A stretch of DNA of 64,000 nt from Mobula hypostoma (taxonomy: Eukaryota). A program made the position numbers and the translations under genes. Below, piece by piece: positions 1-12,508 of the stretch. Positions within the stretch are counted from its first letter, which is position 1; each line of letters opens with the position of its first letter. The notes below the pieces were generated by a model. The model had not been told where the DNA came from, made no database searches, and was given only the letters and a program-made list of their open reading frames with translations. The stretch covers positions 32,550,001 to 32,614,000 of the forward strand of contig NC_086110.1 of NCBI RefSeq assembly GCF_963921235.1. The letters are read 5' to 3'.

Positions 1-141
1 CTGTCTGTTGATTCCTGCTTACGCGCAAGGATGGAAGATGACAGTGAACAAATTGAACTTTGAAATGAACGAGGTGGAAAAATAAACTTTATAGACTAGG
101 AAACCCTGGTTAAATTACAGGGATACAATTTCTAAACTTAC

Positions 142-279
142 TTTCTCAAGTAATTCCCCGGCTGGCGAGGAAACCTCTCCATCCACCTCCTCCTCCTCTT
201 CCAGCCCTCCGATGTTATTCGATTGCCCTATTGGGGAAAAATGCGGCCGGGCAAATTTGTTGGTTTTCCTTTTGCCCAT
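142..279 (-). CDS. HEATR3: HEAT repeat-containing protein 3 (Syo1 homologue), coding exon 1; rest of gene lies left of the window
   Basis: ATG at 279 gives MGKRKTNKFARPHFSPIGQSNNIGGLEEEEEVDGEVSSPAGELLEK, then a phase-0 gtaagt donor at 141. Resembles the human HEATR3 N-terminus (MGKSRTKRFKRPQFSP...PAAELLEK). HEATR3 lies next to CNEP1R1 in human. Confidence 0.9.
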
Positions 280-650
280 CGTCTCGGTCCCTGCCGACGC
301 TGGCACCTGGAAAACGGACGCACAGCTCGGCCGAACCGCTATACAATGCGGATAGCCCGATCAGAGACCATGTCGGCGCCGGCAGCCGCCAGGACATGCA
401 ATCCCGAACGCGTCACTACCGGGGAGGAGAAAAAGGGCGAAAGAAACAGTTGGCTTTATAAAGCTGGCATGGTTTTCCTGTCGATAAAGTTCACAATAAA
501 GCGGCCTTACCGAGCCAGTGTATGGATAAGTTCTGACAGGTCACAACACAGTGTCTGTTATGGAAGAAAATTACTTTCAAACCAAGAAGCAATGCGATCC
601 GGATGTGGTTTTAAAGCGAGGCTTCTCCCTCCCATGCCGGATCCCCAAGC
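160..650. promoter_or_regulatory. CpG island / HEATR3 promoter
   Basis: Locally GC- and CpG-rich segment around the HEATR3 start codon in otherwise CpG-depleted DNA. Confidence 0.75.
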
Positions 651-984
651 AGAAATCAGAGAGAATGTATTTTTATCACCTTACCGTAGGTTAAATAACG
701 GTGTTCCAGGTCTAAATCAATGGAATTAGGTATGATAAATTTGTTAGGAATATGATCACATTACCAAATTATGAATAAGCAAGCGGATTGTGCCCAAGGA
801 GCGGGTTTACAATTTTCTCTTCCCAATTCTGTCAGGTGGAATGGGGTAAAATGAAATAAAGACAAAAACACTGAATGATGGCGACAGTTCTCAGCATTTG
901 ACATTAAGCATTTAGTATCATTGCACTTTGATAATCGTTACCTTGGCCTCATCACCATCTGGCATGGGGGCGGGGGTGGGGAAG

Positions 985-1550
985 ACACTGCTCAGCATCG
1001 AAATAATCTGCAGGAAGTTGTGAACTCAGTCAGCTCCATCGCGGGCAGGAGCCTCCTCAGCATCCAGGACACCTTCAATGACCGATGCCTCAAAAAGGCA
1101 GCGTCAATCATTACGGACCCCATCACCCAGGTCCATAGCTTGTCCGAATTGCTACCATCAGATTTCTGAATGAACAGTGAAGCCATGAATACTACCTCTT
1201 CTTTTCCACTACTGTACTTACTTAATTTAACGTTATATACGTGGAATGGGCTACCGGCAACAGCGGTGGAGGCAGATACAATAGGGTCCTTTAAGAGACT
1301 CTTGGATAGGTATACGGAGCTTAGAAAAATATAGGGCTACGGGTAAGCCTAGTAATTTCTAAGGTATCATCGGACTTTGATAATCGTTTGGCACAACTTT
1401 GTGGACCGAAGGGCCTGTATTGTGCTGCAGGTTTTCTATATACTTCTTACTGCAATTTACAATTTACATTATGTATTGCAAAGTACTACTGCCACATAAC
1501 GACGAATTTCATGACATATGCCAGTGATATTAAGCCTGATTCTGATCTAT
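985..1550 (+). mobile_element. Rex1/Babar LINE 3' fragment with a CR1/HER1 3' fragment (~1240-1440) inserted in its 3' UTR
   Basis: Translates to LQEVVNSVSSIAGRSLLSIQDTFNDRCLKKAASIITDP (Rex1-type C-terminus) and ends in the ...cctgattctgatc tail. The inner piece matches the CR1 3' end seen at 6960-7150. Confidence 0.7.
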
Positions 1551-3225
1551 AAGACAGTCATTATGTGACAAAGGGAAATGGTGGTTAACAAATCAGGTAA
1601 AGATTTCAGTAGGGTAAGTGGGGGAATCAATTGCAGAGGTATATCTAGATTTTCTAAAGGCACTTGAAAAATGACAGCACAAAAGAATACAAGGGGATTA
1701 ATGACTGGGAGACTCTATCATCTTGGCTAATAGAGTCATGAAAAAGGTTAAAAAAAAATCAAAGGATCATTTGAGGTTGGCATGTTTGTGCCACACATTT
1801 TTTTTATTTGCATCAGCCAGATATAGGGATGGCAGGGTGGCATTGCAGGTAGTGAAGCTATCACTGGTCTGGGGCCCATTCTGACTTCAGGTACCTTATA
1901 CTTGGAGTTTGCATTATTGAAGATTAGGATCAGCAGTCTTCAGAGCATAGCTTTGAAAGGAGAACCTACAGAAATTAACCAGGTGTTTTCCAATTCAAAG
2001 CTAACTATAGGAAATACTGCACTACATGAAATACTGTAGGAAACACAAGCAATACTCCCACCTTTGTTAGTAGCCTCACTTCAGAAAATTGCCATTTCAC
2101 AAGTCCTTCCTACCTCAGCTGGTTTGATAACAGTGAAATGCTGCTTGTTAACCTTTGGTAGGGAATGATACTTAAATGATTACATGTAGGTCTGAGGTCA
2201 ATGGTAGCATAACCCTCAACATCTGCTCCAACTCATCCTTCCAGCCTACATGAACATAAAAGTTAGTCTTTTCTGGTAGTGAAAAAAAAGACTAAATTAA
2301 AAATTAAACATATGAACAGGTCTCCAGTGGTGGTGTGGCCAGCATAAATCGCAAGTGATAGTAAAAGCGTAATATAACTTTGCTACTTCACAGACATGAA
2401 ATAGACAATACTGACAACCACTTTTATAACTTGGGAATTGAAGGAAAATGACTGCATACCAAGCTCTTCGTTCTTATGTAAACATTTTTCTGTGAGAGTC
2501 TACAGATGGCAAAATTATTTCCTGCTGACCTTCAGGAACTTCAAATTAATTGCAATAACCAGAATCAAACTATGCTGACATCAGCAGATTCACTAATAAT
2601 AGAGCATAGTTAATGCAACATTCTTTGCATGTTTGACACAACACCAATCATTGTACTTATATACTTCAGACCTTATTCTAGTAAGAGCGTTAAGAATGAT
2701 AGAGTTATTAGGAGCATATACTGCATATCCGTGTATACAAATTTCATTTGTCACCCTTGGCCTCACCATTGTCTTTTAAAATTGAGATCCCAAATAAATA
2801 ATCTCCAGAGTTTCTTTTGCAAATGTCTAGTCACAACTCAAATTTTATTTGCGTTTAGTCTTCAGTCACATCATGTCTGCTACCCAAATCTTTAAAATAG
2901 TAATTTTGTTCATTATGCCCAAACTTCAGAGTATATTTCTAAAGGGTACATCTACTTTTTTGAAGAAATTTGTCTAGTAAGACATCTCACATCAGGTGCC
3001 TTTGATGAAATCCCAAGTAAGAGGTCAACATTTTAGAGCAAGTGGCATGCCATTCTTCATGCCCAATGGGAGACAAGTCTGTCTTTTCCACAAAAGTATT
3101 AGGCAAGCTACTTGCCATTTTACATCTTAAAATATTCAAATCCTATCCCTTGGTATCTGACATATTAGATGCATGATCAACTCACACTACTCACAACATG
3201 TTTCCAAAAAATTCCATACAAATTG

Positions 3226-3231
3226 TTTATT
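3226..3231 (-). terminator. Candidate poly(A) signal of CNEP1R1
   Basis: AATAAA on the minus strand ~0.9 kb past the stop codon, followed by a U/GU-rich tract. Confidence 0.5.
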
Positions 3232-4125
3232 GCTATGTACAGAGGCCTACAAAACTCGTGGGCCAAAATGGTCTTACAAAGTTGTGATGCTTTTAAAATG
3301 TAAAAATTTATATCTTCAAGTTATTTAAAATGCAACGTGGTAACTGTAGAACACACATTTTAGAATAGCAAAACAAGAGAAAATGAACAAATGCAAGTAT
3401 GAAAGAGTTCATTTCTACCTATTTTATACAATTTTTCACAATTAAGTAAAATTTGAATCTTCATATGCAATAGTTTGCCAAACATTAGTCTCTTCCTATG
3501 AATATTACACAATTTAACACATCAAAAAGCCACCCAAAGTACTGGTAGTCCATTTATAATTTGTCTCCAGTCTGAATGGAATAAGAAGTCTGATGTTTCA
3601 TAATACATCATAATAATGAAACATAAAAAGCAATATTCACATAACTTATATGAAAGAAATATCTGCAGAGCAAAAACAACAGACTGGAAGCATAAAGGTG
3701 TGCAACAATAATTTAGCAATCACATCAGAATAGTTCCTGATACAGTTCAGCCCAATTCTCTGTGAGAACAGTCCATAGCTTTTACATCGTTGATGTTAAT
3801 TATATGAATATCGGTGATAAAATGAGCAATTCAACTTATAAATGATACAAAAATCTGTAACTTCTTAATAAATTAAAGTGACTAAGCAATATTTAAATAC
3901 TTCCCAAATAGAATTTTCTATCGAGTTACCTAAAACTACCTGCCAGCTGCAATGCTAGATTCATAAAATCCACCTTTGTTGCTGAGCATTTTTCTGTCTA
4001 GGGAACTTTGAGGTGAAATATTGATGTTGACCCCAGAAGAAGCACTGCTTTCATGAATTTGTGCATTTGAGGGTACTTTCACCTTTTCACAGAGACATTG
4101 TATTTTCACTGGAGTCAGTAGGGTG

Positions 4126-4167
4126 TCATTGAACATGAGGTCTGGGCTTCAATATTAGTTTCCCAGT
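4126..4167 (-). CDS. CNEP1R1: CNEP1R1 coding exon 6 (TGKLILKPRPHVQ*)
   Basis: Polypyrimidine-ag acceptor at 4168-4169; matches the human C-terminus; TGA at 4128-4126. Confidence 0.97.
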   Translation of the reverse strand, partial: TGKLILKPRPHVQ

Positions 4168-4984
4168 CTAGAAAGGGGGAAAAAAAAGATAAAAATGATT
4201 AAAGTGAAAAACAATGAATTGGATTTCCAGAAAAAAGTGCCATGCACTTGTACAGTATATACTGTAAAAATATATAACATTTACTGCAGAATGAAAATTT
4301 AAAACAGGACATGGACTCAATACCTAGTTAATGCAGGTCTATGTCATCATACAGTAAAAAAAACTTTATAAAAAAAGTCTGAAATCAACTGATGCTACAC
4401 TCACATGAAAATGCCAGAAGCATATCTGTCATATTTACTCAAAGGTTGCTTAAACTGTCCACAATAAATGTAAAAAAACTTGTGGATTCATTTAATTTTT
4501 TTAAACTTATTTGAATGGAACCCAACAACTCTCAATATCTCAAGCTCCTCTTGCTAGACATGACCAAATATTCAGTTGTTGCTTGCCAAGTTTTTGGGTG
4601 CTGATTTCACAGGACTTGAAATAAAATAAATCTACGTAAAAACCACAACACAGACAACATCAAGAGGAAAGGATAAAACTGCTTCCTTTCTTCAATCTAA
4701 GGAATAGACTTATTATCCTGCAATAAAGTGACAGAGACAGTAAACATCACTGATCATATAAAAAGCAATGCTACAGTGGAATTCTTTGAGGGATTAGGAG
4801 TACAAGAGTAAAATGTCTTGCTGAGATCGTACATGCCTTTGGTAAAAGTTCATTTGGAGTACTATGGAAAGTCAGCAGTTGTTGATTCACTAGTTTAATT
4901 CCTATGACTTGAACTAAAATACTGACAGGTAATCTCAGCAATGTTTAAGATTCTGAGAGGTTCAAGAGCTGAAAGGTAATGATA

Positions 4985-7150
4985 CAGCTATAGAGGACCC
5001 TGGTCATACTCCACTTGGAGTACAGCTGTGTCCTGCTTTTCGAACATTCACTTTACGAAATCTCACTGTTATGAAAGACTTACATTAGTTACCTGTTTTC
5101 GCTAACAGAAGGTGTTTTCACTGTTACGAAAAAAGACCGCGCGCCCCGAGCGGCCAAGCTCCTCCCCCGGAACTGCATTCTAGCCGACATTGCTTAAACA
5201 CATGCCTGTGAGCATCTGTGCTTTACCTCGATTTATTTTGAGCATCCGTTACCAAGATGAGTTCTAAGGTATCGGAAAAGCCTAAAAGAGCTCGTAAGGG
5301 TGTTACACTTAGCATAAAACTGGACATAATTAAGCATTTCGATCCTGGTGAACGAAGTAAGGACAAAGTGAGTTTGGCTTATGGAGGTTGACGAAGATGA
5401 TGTTGAAGAGGTTTTGGCATTCCATGACCAAGAACTGATAGATGAAGAGCTGATGCAAATGGAAGAGGAAAGGATAACAATCGAAACCGAATGCAGTAGC
5501 GAACGGACCGAAAGTGAAGTCGTCCAGGAACTGAATGTGAAGCAACTGCGTGAGATTTTCGCTGCAATGATTGCAGAAAAGTAGGACTTTAATTTTGGAA
5601 GGGTACGTAGCTTTAGGGCATATTTGCAGGATGATTTGAGTGCTTACAAAGAACTGTATGATATAAAAATGCGCAAGGCTAAACAGTCAAGCATACTGTT
5701 GGTTTTCAAGCCACAGCAGACGACGAACCTCGAGCTTTGACATCGAGGCAGGCAGACATAGAAGAAGATGACCTGCCTGCCCTGATGGAAACAGACGACG
5801 ATGAGATGACACCCCAGTATCCCACCACCCCAACCTCCGGGCCGCAGACCGATACCGGACTGCGAAGCATGCAGCGGTAGCCGGGACGCACCCAGCACAT
5901 CTTTTAAAAAAAAAGCCGAAATAAACAAGCTAATTAATTAGGTGCCGCCGGCATGTAAATATCGGCCCAGATCAGAGGTGATTTGGACTGGGCCGATATT
6001 TACGTGCCGGGCGGCACCTAATTAATTAGCTTGTTTATTTCGGCTTTTTTCTTAAAGATGTGCTGGGTGCGTTCCAGCCACCGCTACACCGCTGCATTCT
6101 TCGCGGATCGGTATCGGTCGGGGACCACTGCACCACCCCAACCTCCGACAACTCAGCCGAACTCACCATCATCAGTGTGCTCGGCGCTGTCTTCCCGATT
6201 CTGGTAAGTGATACTACACTGTACATATGTTATTTCTACTTTATATAGGCTGTGTATTTTTATGTGTTATTTGGTATGATTTGGCAGCTTCATAGCTTAA
6301 AGGTTACTGGAGAGAGTTTTTGCCAAGAGCGCTTGCGTGAGATTTTCACTATGGTGGACAGTGCGGCAATGATTGTAGAAATGTATTTCTACTTTATATA
6401 GGCTGTGTATTTATCATATCATTCCCGCTTTTACTATATGTTACTGTTATTTTAGGTTTTATGTGTTATTTGGCATGATTTCGTAGGTTACTTTTTGGGT
6501 CTGCGAACGCTCACGAATTTTTCCCATATAAATAAATGGTAATTGCTTCTTCACTTTACAACATTCCGGCTTACGAACCGTTTCATAGGAACGCTCTAGT
6601 TTCGGATGGCGGGGGAAACCCGTACTGTGCTCAGTTCTGGTCACCTCACTGCAGAAAGGACCTGGAAACTATGGAAAGGGTGCAGAGGAGACTTACAAGG
6701 ATGTTGCCTGGATTGGCAAGCATGCTTTATGAGAATAGGTTGAATGAACCTGGCCTTTTCTCCTTGGAGCGACCGAGGATGACAGGTGACCTGATAAGAG
6801 GTGTATAAGATGATTAGAGGCATTGATTGTGTGGATAGTCAGAGGCTTTTTCCCAGGGCTGAATTGGCTAACACGAGAGGGCACGGTTTTAAGGTGTTTG
6901 GAAGTAGGTACAGACATATCAGAGGTATGTTTCTTTTTAATGCAGAGAGTTGTGAGTGGATGGAATGGGTTGCCAGCGACGGTGATGGAGACAGATATAA
7001 TAGGGCCTTTTAAGATGCTCTTGGATAGGTACATGGATCTTAGAAAAATAGAGGACTATGGGTAACCCTAGGTAATTTCTAAAGTAGATGTTCGGCACAG
7101 CATTATGGGCCAAAGGGCCTGTATAGTGCTGTAGGTTTTCTATGTTTCTA
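4985..7150 (+). mobile_element. CR1/HER1 LINE 3' fragment split by a Tigger insertion at TA (LINE parts ~4985-5022 and 6623-7150)
   Basis: ccacttggagTA|...|TActgtgctcagttctgg rejoins into the CR1 motif HLEYCAQFWSPH...LERVQRR; typical CR1 3' UTR and tail. Confidence 0.85.
5023..6622 (+). mobile_element. Internally deleted Tigger/pogo DNA transposon
   Basis: TA target duplication and imperfect terminal repeats. Transposase relics: MSSKVSEKPKRARKGVTLSIKLDIIKHFDPGERSKD from 5257 (CENP-B/psq-type HTH), fused to the acidic C-terminal EVDEDDVEEVLAFHDQELIDEEL. The DDE core is missing. Confidence 0.8.
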
Positions 7151-7779
7151 TCCTGAGAGAATCTGACAATGGATGGCAGGAGACTCATTTACTTTATCTG
7201 AAAAATCTACAAATAAGGGAATGGTCTCAGGGTAATTGATCAGCCATTCACGGGAAAGATGAGGCAATAGTTTTTAAACAGGGAATGAGAATTCTGCAAA
7301 ACTTTCCACCCAAGATGGCTTTTGTTTCTCATTCATAGAGTCTATGCAAGATCAGAAAGATATTTTTACGGATATTAGGGGAAATCAGAGGATATGGTGG
7401 GATCATTTACAAAAGGGGATGATGCAAAAGCATAAATCATGATCTGATATAGTGTTGAAAAGCTGCAATACTTCTAATTCCAATTTTCAGTCATTCACCT
7501 GTTGCTTAAGTGATTTTCTAATCAGTGTCTAATTCATTATAAGCATCAGTTTAGGCACATTTCCGCAAAACTCAGAAGGCTGGTACCATAGCTATGCATA
7601 CCAAATTGAGAATTTGTGTATTTTTTCACATAAAGACAGAAGCAACTGATGGACATCTGTGAAAATGGAACCCATTCATTACCCGTGGATAGCTGTACTT
7701 GATTTAGAACAACATTTAAAATCCAAGAATTAGTTATGCACTTTTTCTTGGTTTTCTGTATCTGAAAACAGATACTCAC

Positions 7780-7834
7780 ATCATCACAAGACATATTGTA
7801 TTCTGCCAAAACAGTTCGACATCTTGCGGCAATG
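7780..7834 (-). CDS. CNEP1R1: CNEP1R1 coding exon 5 (IAARCRTVLAEYNMSCDD)
   Basis: tttcag acceptor, gtgag donor, 55 nt, frame continuous, matches human protein. Confidence 0.97.
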
Positions 7835-8201
7835 CTGAAAGCAAATGTGGTAAAAGAAATAACAATTCCAATCAAAATTAGTTAGTTACAGAATAGTTCA
7901 CATTCCTTGGGAAGTACCATGCAAAAAGTACAAATACTGCAGATAATGTTCTCAACTCATCCAAAAGTATAGTAAAGTCTAATTAATACAACCGCAAAGA
8001 CTGTTAACTTCTAGTATGTTCTGTATTGGTTAAATAATTGCACACCCTTAATATTACAAAATATTGATGCTCAAAAAAGATGAGGCTTATTTTCACAAAA
8101 AAATCAATTTAAAAAGGTAAGTTTTAATTACATATATCAAACACCTTCTTGTTTCTGCAAATCTTATCACTAACAATTTGAACAGTTCACACAAAGGATA
8201 C

Positions 8202-8311
8202 ATTGACGGTGCAACCACTCTTTTATGTATTCCAGCAAAGAATAAACCAATTAGAGTTATACAGCTGATTGTGAAGAATGGATGATTCCATAGTGATGTG
8301 AAAAATGATAC
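8202..8311 (-). CDS. CNEP1R1: CNEP1R1 coding exon 4 ([37 protein letters not shown])
   Basis: 110 nt; ttttag acceptor; donor is GTATCCTTT (U12-type); second transmembrane segment. Confidence 0.97.
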
Positions 8312-9146
8312 CTAAAATGACAAAGAAACAACTGAATAATTTTAAACTATTTGAGCAGATAAAAATTAACTAACATGTGTTAAAAAGACCCCAATTTTCT
8401 GAATTGTCAGCAACATAAATATCAATGAAAAACAACTCACCTACATATTAACTTCATTTTAAAATTTTGCTGTGATTGGGAAGAGAAAGACTGACCTTTC
8501 AAAATGTTTTATAATAAGGCTCAAGTGGAATAACTGTCTGGTTGCAAATTTTCTTTGAAATAATCAGCTTTAATTCTTTACTGCATAATCTTAAATCATA
8601 GGAACAGCCAGTAAGCAAGTTAATTGTCAGGTTCAAGCCCAGTAAAATGTGAAAATTGCTTGATCATCAGTTTAGAATCATATTTCAAATACAATTCCCT
8701 AAATAGGTGCATTTTCTTGAGTCTAATTGCAAATTTATAATGAGGGCATTAAAATTTTCATGACATTGAGCACAAGGCAATTTCTAAATTCTGTCTGAAA
8801 TCAATGTTCATAGCTTTGCAATCTCAATCCTGCCATAACAGAGTTACCTACAAGTTACTGGTATTTTTAAAACCTGAACAATCACCTCTCAATATTTTGA
8901 TAATAGCATTTCATAAAAATTATTTGAATTTTAATTTGTCCATTTTGGGTGGATTCAGCTACAACTTTTGAAGAGATTCTCCTCACCATTAAGCCATTCA
9001 TGTGTCAGTTATGCAGGAATGCTAGGTAGAAAATAGCTTTCCTGCATTTTTTGATAATGAATTCACTAAAGCATGGTAGGAAAGGAAAGCAATTGCTCTC
9101 TACAAAATGTTTTGAGAATTATATAAAAGTAAAAGCTTAAAATTAC

Positions 9147-9220
9147 CTTTTGTGTTTCAGGATCGATTAACCAGTTCCAAGCACCTGTGGCTGTACATAC
9201 TGAAACTACTATAAGAATCA
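9147..9220 (-). CDS. CNEP1R1: CNEP1R1 coding exon 3 ([25 protein letters not shown])
   Basis: 74 nt; cag acceptor, gtaat donor; matches human protein. Confidence 0.97.
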
Positions 9221-9511
9221 CTGCAAGTAAAGGGTAGAATACAAATTACTGAATTTTAAATGGAAATGATTCACAAAAATGATTAATGTATATGAAGAGA
9301 GTAAATTTAGAAATGTGCATTAGCTATTTCAATACACCTCAAAACATATTAGAGTCCAGCTTTCAGTGAATTCAATTCAGTCCATACATGATCAGGGAAA
9401 GGGCAAGAGCAAGAGCACAGAATACAATAAAGTCAGTGTGTTTTGACAACATCACGTCTGTAGTAATTCTATCCCAACCAAGCTGTTCAATTCTGGCTAA
9501 GCACTGCTCTA

Positions 9512-9719
9512 ACAAGAGAAAATCTGCAGATGCTGGAAATCCAAGCAACACACACAAAATACTGGAGGAACTCAGCAGGCCAGGCAGCATCTATAGAAAA
9601 AAGTACTGTTGACATTTCGGGCTGAAACCCTTCAGGACTTTTGGCCCAAAACATCGACTGTACTTTTTCGATAGATGCTGCCTGGGCTTTGGAGTTCCTC
9701 CAGCATTGTGTGTGTGTTG
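9512..9719. mobile_element. Fold-back Penelope-derived repeat with degenerate hammerhead core
   Basis: Inverted arms (...ggaggaactcagcaggccaggcagcatctat / atagatgctgcctggg...gagttcctccagca); 14-bp TSD taagc(a/g)ctgctcta at 9498-9511 and 9720-9733. Confidence 0.75.
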
Positions 9720-10749
9720 TAAGCGCTGCTCTATTAGTCTACCCTCAATATTACCATTGTGTTAGAAAGTGTTGTTGATAGTTGTATATAGTTGGGGGTG
9801 GGGGAGGGAAGGGGAAAATTGCACATTAATAGTTTTTACGTGTCTACAAAAGTAGATCCGAGTCTCTGTCTTGACTAACTTCCCAAAGCTATTCCAACAC
9901 AAAAATAGGCCAGGAATGTGAAACGATGATCTCTGATTGATCGGATGAATGCAGTTCTTGCAAAATGCAAGAGACTTGACAAAATCCAAACATTGGATTT
10001 GGCTAACACCCAATCCAACACCATCACTATCCACATCATCCACCTGCAAGATGTACCTACTCCAAAACACAACATTGCAATCAAATGTTTTGTTCCAGTT
10101 TGGCTCATGCAATACTATTTCTAACATGACCCAAAAGAAGGTTCATTGTTTGAAACAGTGTAGATATACATTGTACGTAATCAAGTTTTAATTTACTTCA
10201 CAAGGCCTCAATTCAGGGATAACAAAAAAAATGCAAGTTTCTTCGTGGGAGATGTGTGCAGAGTAAGTAGGTCTTTAATATGTCTGATAAAACTGATGCT
10301 GTCCTGACTGATCTTATAAACAATTTTCTTGTGTACATAAAAAGAGATAATTCACAGATTGAGAGATAATTCATCAGAAGCTCTCCACTAAATTCCCCTC
10401 TAATCTTTGCTAGCCACTATGACAGTGATTTCCAAATTTATTCCTGAAAAAAAACACATCTACCTTTTAGATTATGCCATCCAGTCAATCAGTTTAAATA
10501 GATTATCTCTGATTATTTCCCCATTGTAATTTGATAACTTTAATTAAATGATACTCCAAACATATGCATTCTAGGACATAACTCAAGGTTGATTACCCTT
10601 TCATTTAATCCTTTGAATCCAGGAGTAATTTTGGTAAATGCACTCACTTCAAAGACAACAGAAGATGATCTCAAAGGGGCCCTCAGTACTCCAGATCTAT
10701 TTTTATGCATTATTTAAAACTATGAGCCTTCTTTTTCGTCACAATGTGG

Positions 10750-11048
10750 ATAGACAATAGATGCAGGAGTAGGCCATTCGGTACTTCAAGCCAGCACCGC
10801 TATTCACTGATCATCCACAATCAGTACCCCGTTCCTGCCTTCTCCCCATATCCCTTGACTCCTCTATCATTAAGAGCTCTATCTAACTCTTTCTTGAAAG
10901 CATCCAGAGAATTGGCCTCCACTGCCTTCTGAGGCAGAGCATTCCACAGATCCACAACTCTCTGGGTGAAAAGGTTTTTCCTCAACTCTGTTTTAAATGG
11001 CCTACCCCTTATTCTCAAACTGTGGCCTCTGGTTCTGGACTTCCCCCA
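10750..11048 (-). mobile_element. CR1/HER1 LINE 3' fragment
   Basis: Minus ORF RIRGRPFKTELRKNLFTQRVVDLWNALPQKAVEANSLDAFKKELD, the CR1 ORF2 C-terminus. Confidence 0.85.
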
Positions 11049-11054
11049 TAGTGA

Positions 11055-11263
11055 CAGGCAACAGACACAACATGCTGGAGGAACTCAGCAGGCCAAGCAG
11101 CATCTATGGAAAAGACTACAGTTGACATTGTGGGCCGAAACCCTTTGGCAGGACTCCTGAAACGCCAGCTGTACTCTTTTCCATTGATGCCTGCTGTTCC
11201 TCCAGCATTTTTTGTGTGTTGCTTGGATCTCCAGCATCTGCTGATTTTCTCTTGTTTGTGATT
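11055..11263. mobile_element. Fold-back Penelope-derived repeat
   Basis: Same family as 9512-9719; inverted arms around a decayed gtcctgnnnaagggtttcggccc core. Confidence 0.7.
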
Positions 11264-12377
11264 GGATAGTGATGCTGTTGGATTGGGTGCCAGTCAAATT
11301 CATATAACCGCAGATTTACCTTTACCTTGTATTCCTTACATACAATAGCCCCTGTTCTATTTTTTTTTTAAATATTTTCTGATTTGTTGATCATTACAAT
11401 GTAGAGATAAAGTCTCTCTTTCCCAGTTATGAAGTGAATGGCAGTGTTCTGTCTTTCTCAAATCTAAAACAGATGATCTTACACATATTTACACTGAAAT
11501 TCCATTTCTTCTGTTTATCAATATTTCTGTTATTTTATGTACTTCCTGATTATATTGCTCTCTCTCTCTCTAAATCACTGGCAAATTTTGTACTTCTTTA
11601 AATAAAAAATACTAAAATACAAATACTTATAAAAATTGAAAAAACACCTGATATGTACAGTCTAAAATATTAACATTGTACAAATTTATATTCTTATAGT
11701 TAGCTTTTAAGTCCTTGCATTGGGCACAGCAGCCAGATTCCACATTAAACTGCAGACGGGAAATACTGAATGCAAATAGAAGGGTAGGTGTGAGGAAAAT
11801 GTTCATGAGTGTAAACGTAGCTTTATAATGTGATGATCTGCATGAGAAGTTTTTGAAACTTGTAACTATGTTTGAATGACTTATTATGCCAATCTAATTG
11901 TGCAATAATTAAAGCACCGCTTTTAAACGGCACTGTACTGCTGTCGAAAAATAATAAATTTCACAACTTGCCAATGATAATAAACCTGATTCTGAAATAG
12001 AATTTCGACAGTGACATCTTCAAATCGGATAATTTATTAGCGATTGTCAAGACGGCTGTGGCTCAAAAGAGGGGAGCCATGGAATCATAAGTAGCTAGCC
12101 ATCTGGACACAAACTGGCGTCTGATCAGCCCTGGCTGGGTCACCTGGAGGAGGGTGTATGATGTTGAAAGACCCGAAATACCCGATGATTCCAAGAACAC
12201 CACTGAAGATGTGTCCAGAAGCATCAGTAGATGTATGTACACAGCGACCAATTCTTTAACGCTTGGTGATGCATTTAGACATCATTAGCGATATTGATAC
12301 AGTTAACTCGCACACACAAAAAAACATATTCACAACAGAACGATAGACAATAAAAAAAATTCAGACTCCTAGTTACA

Positions 12378-12508
12378 CAGATCAAAGTTGCTGGTGAATG
12401 CAGCAGGCCAGGCAGCATCTCTCAGATGCTGCCTGGCCTGCTGCGTTCACCAGCAACTTTGATGTGTGTTGCTTGAATTTCCAGCATCTGCAGAATTCCT
12501 CGTGTTTA
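12378..12508. mobile_element. Fold-back Penelope-derived repeat with near-perfect 40-bp hairpin
   Basis: Arms 12381-12420 and 12424-12463 with 1 mismatch and a 3-nt loop; perfect 16-bp TSD cagactcctagttaca at 12362-12377 and 12509-12524. Confidence 0.8.

Noticed and set aside
223-729. 168-aa plus-strand ORF over the HEATR3 promoter
   Set aside because: No recognisable protein, antisense to HEATR3 exon 1; expected by chance in a GC-rich island
9512-9719. Fold-back repeats interpreted as MITEs or miRNA genes
   Set aside because: Variable 12-16 bp TSDs, variable inversion points and the hammerhead-like core fit retro-insertion better; no miRNA-specific evidence
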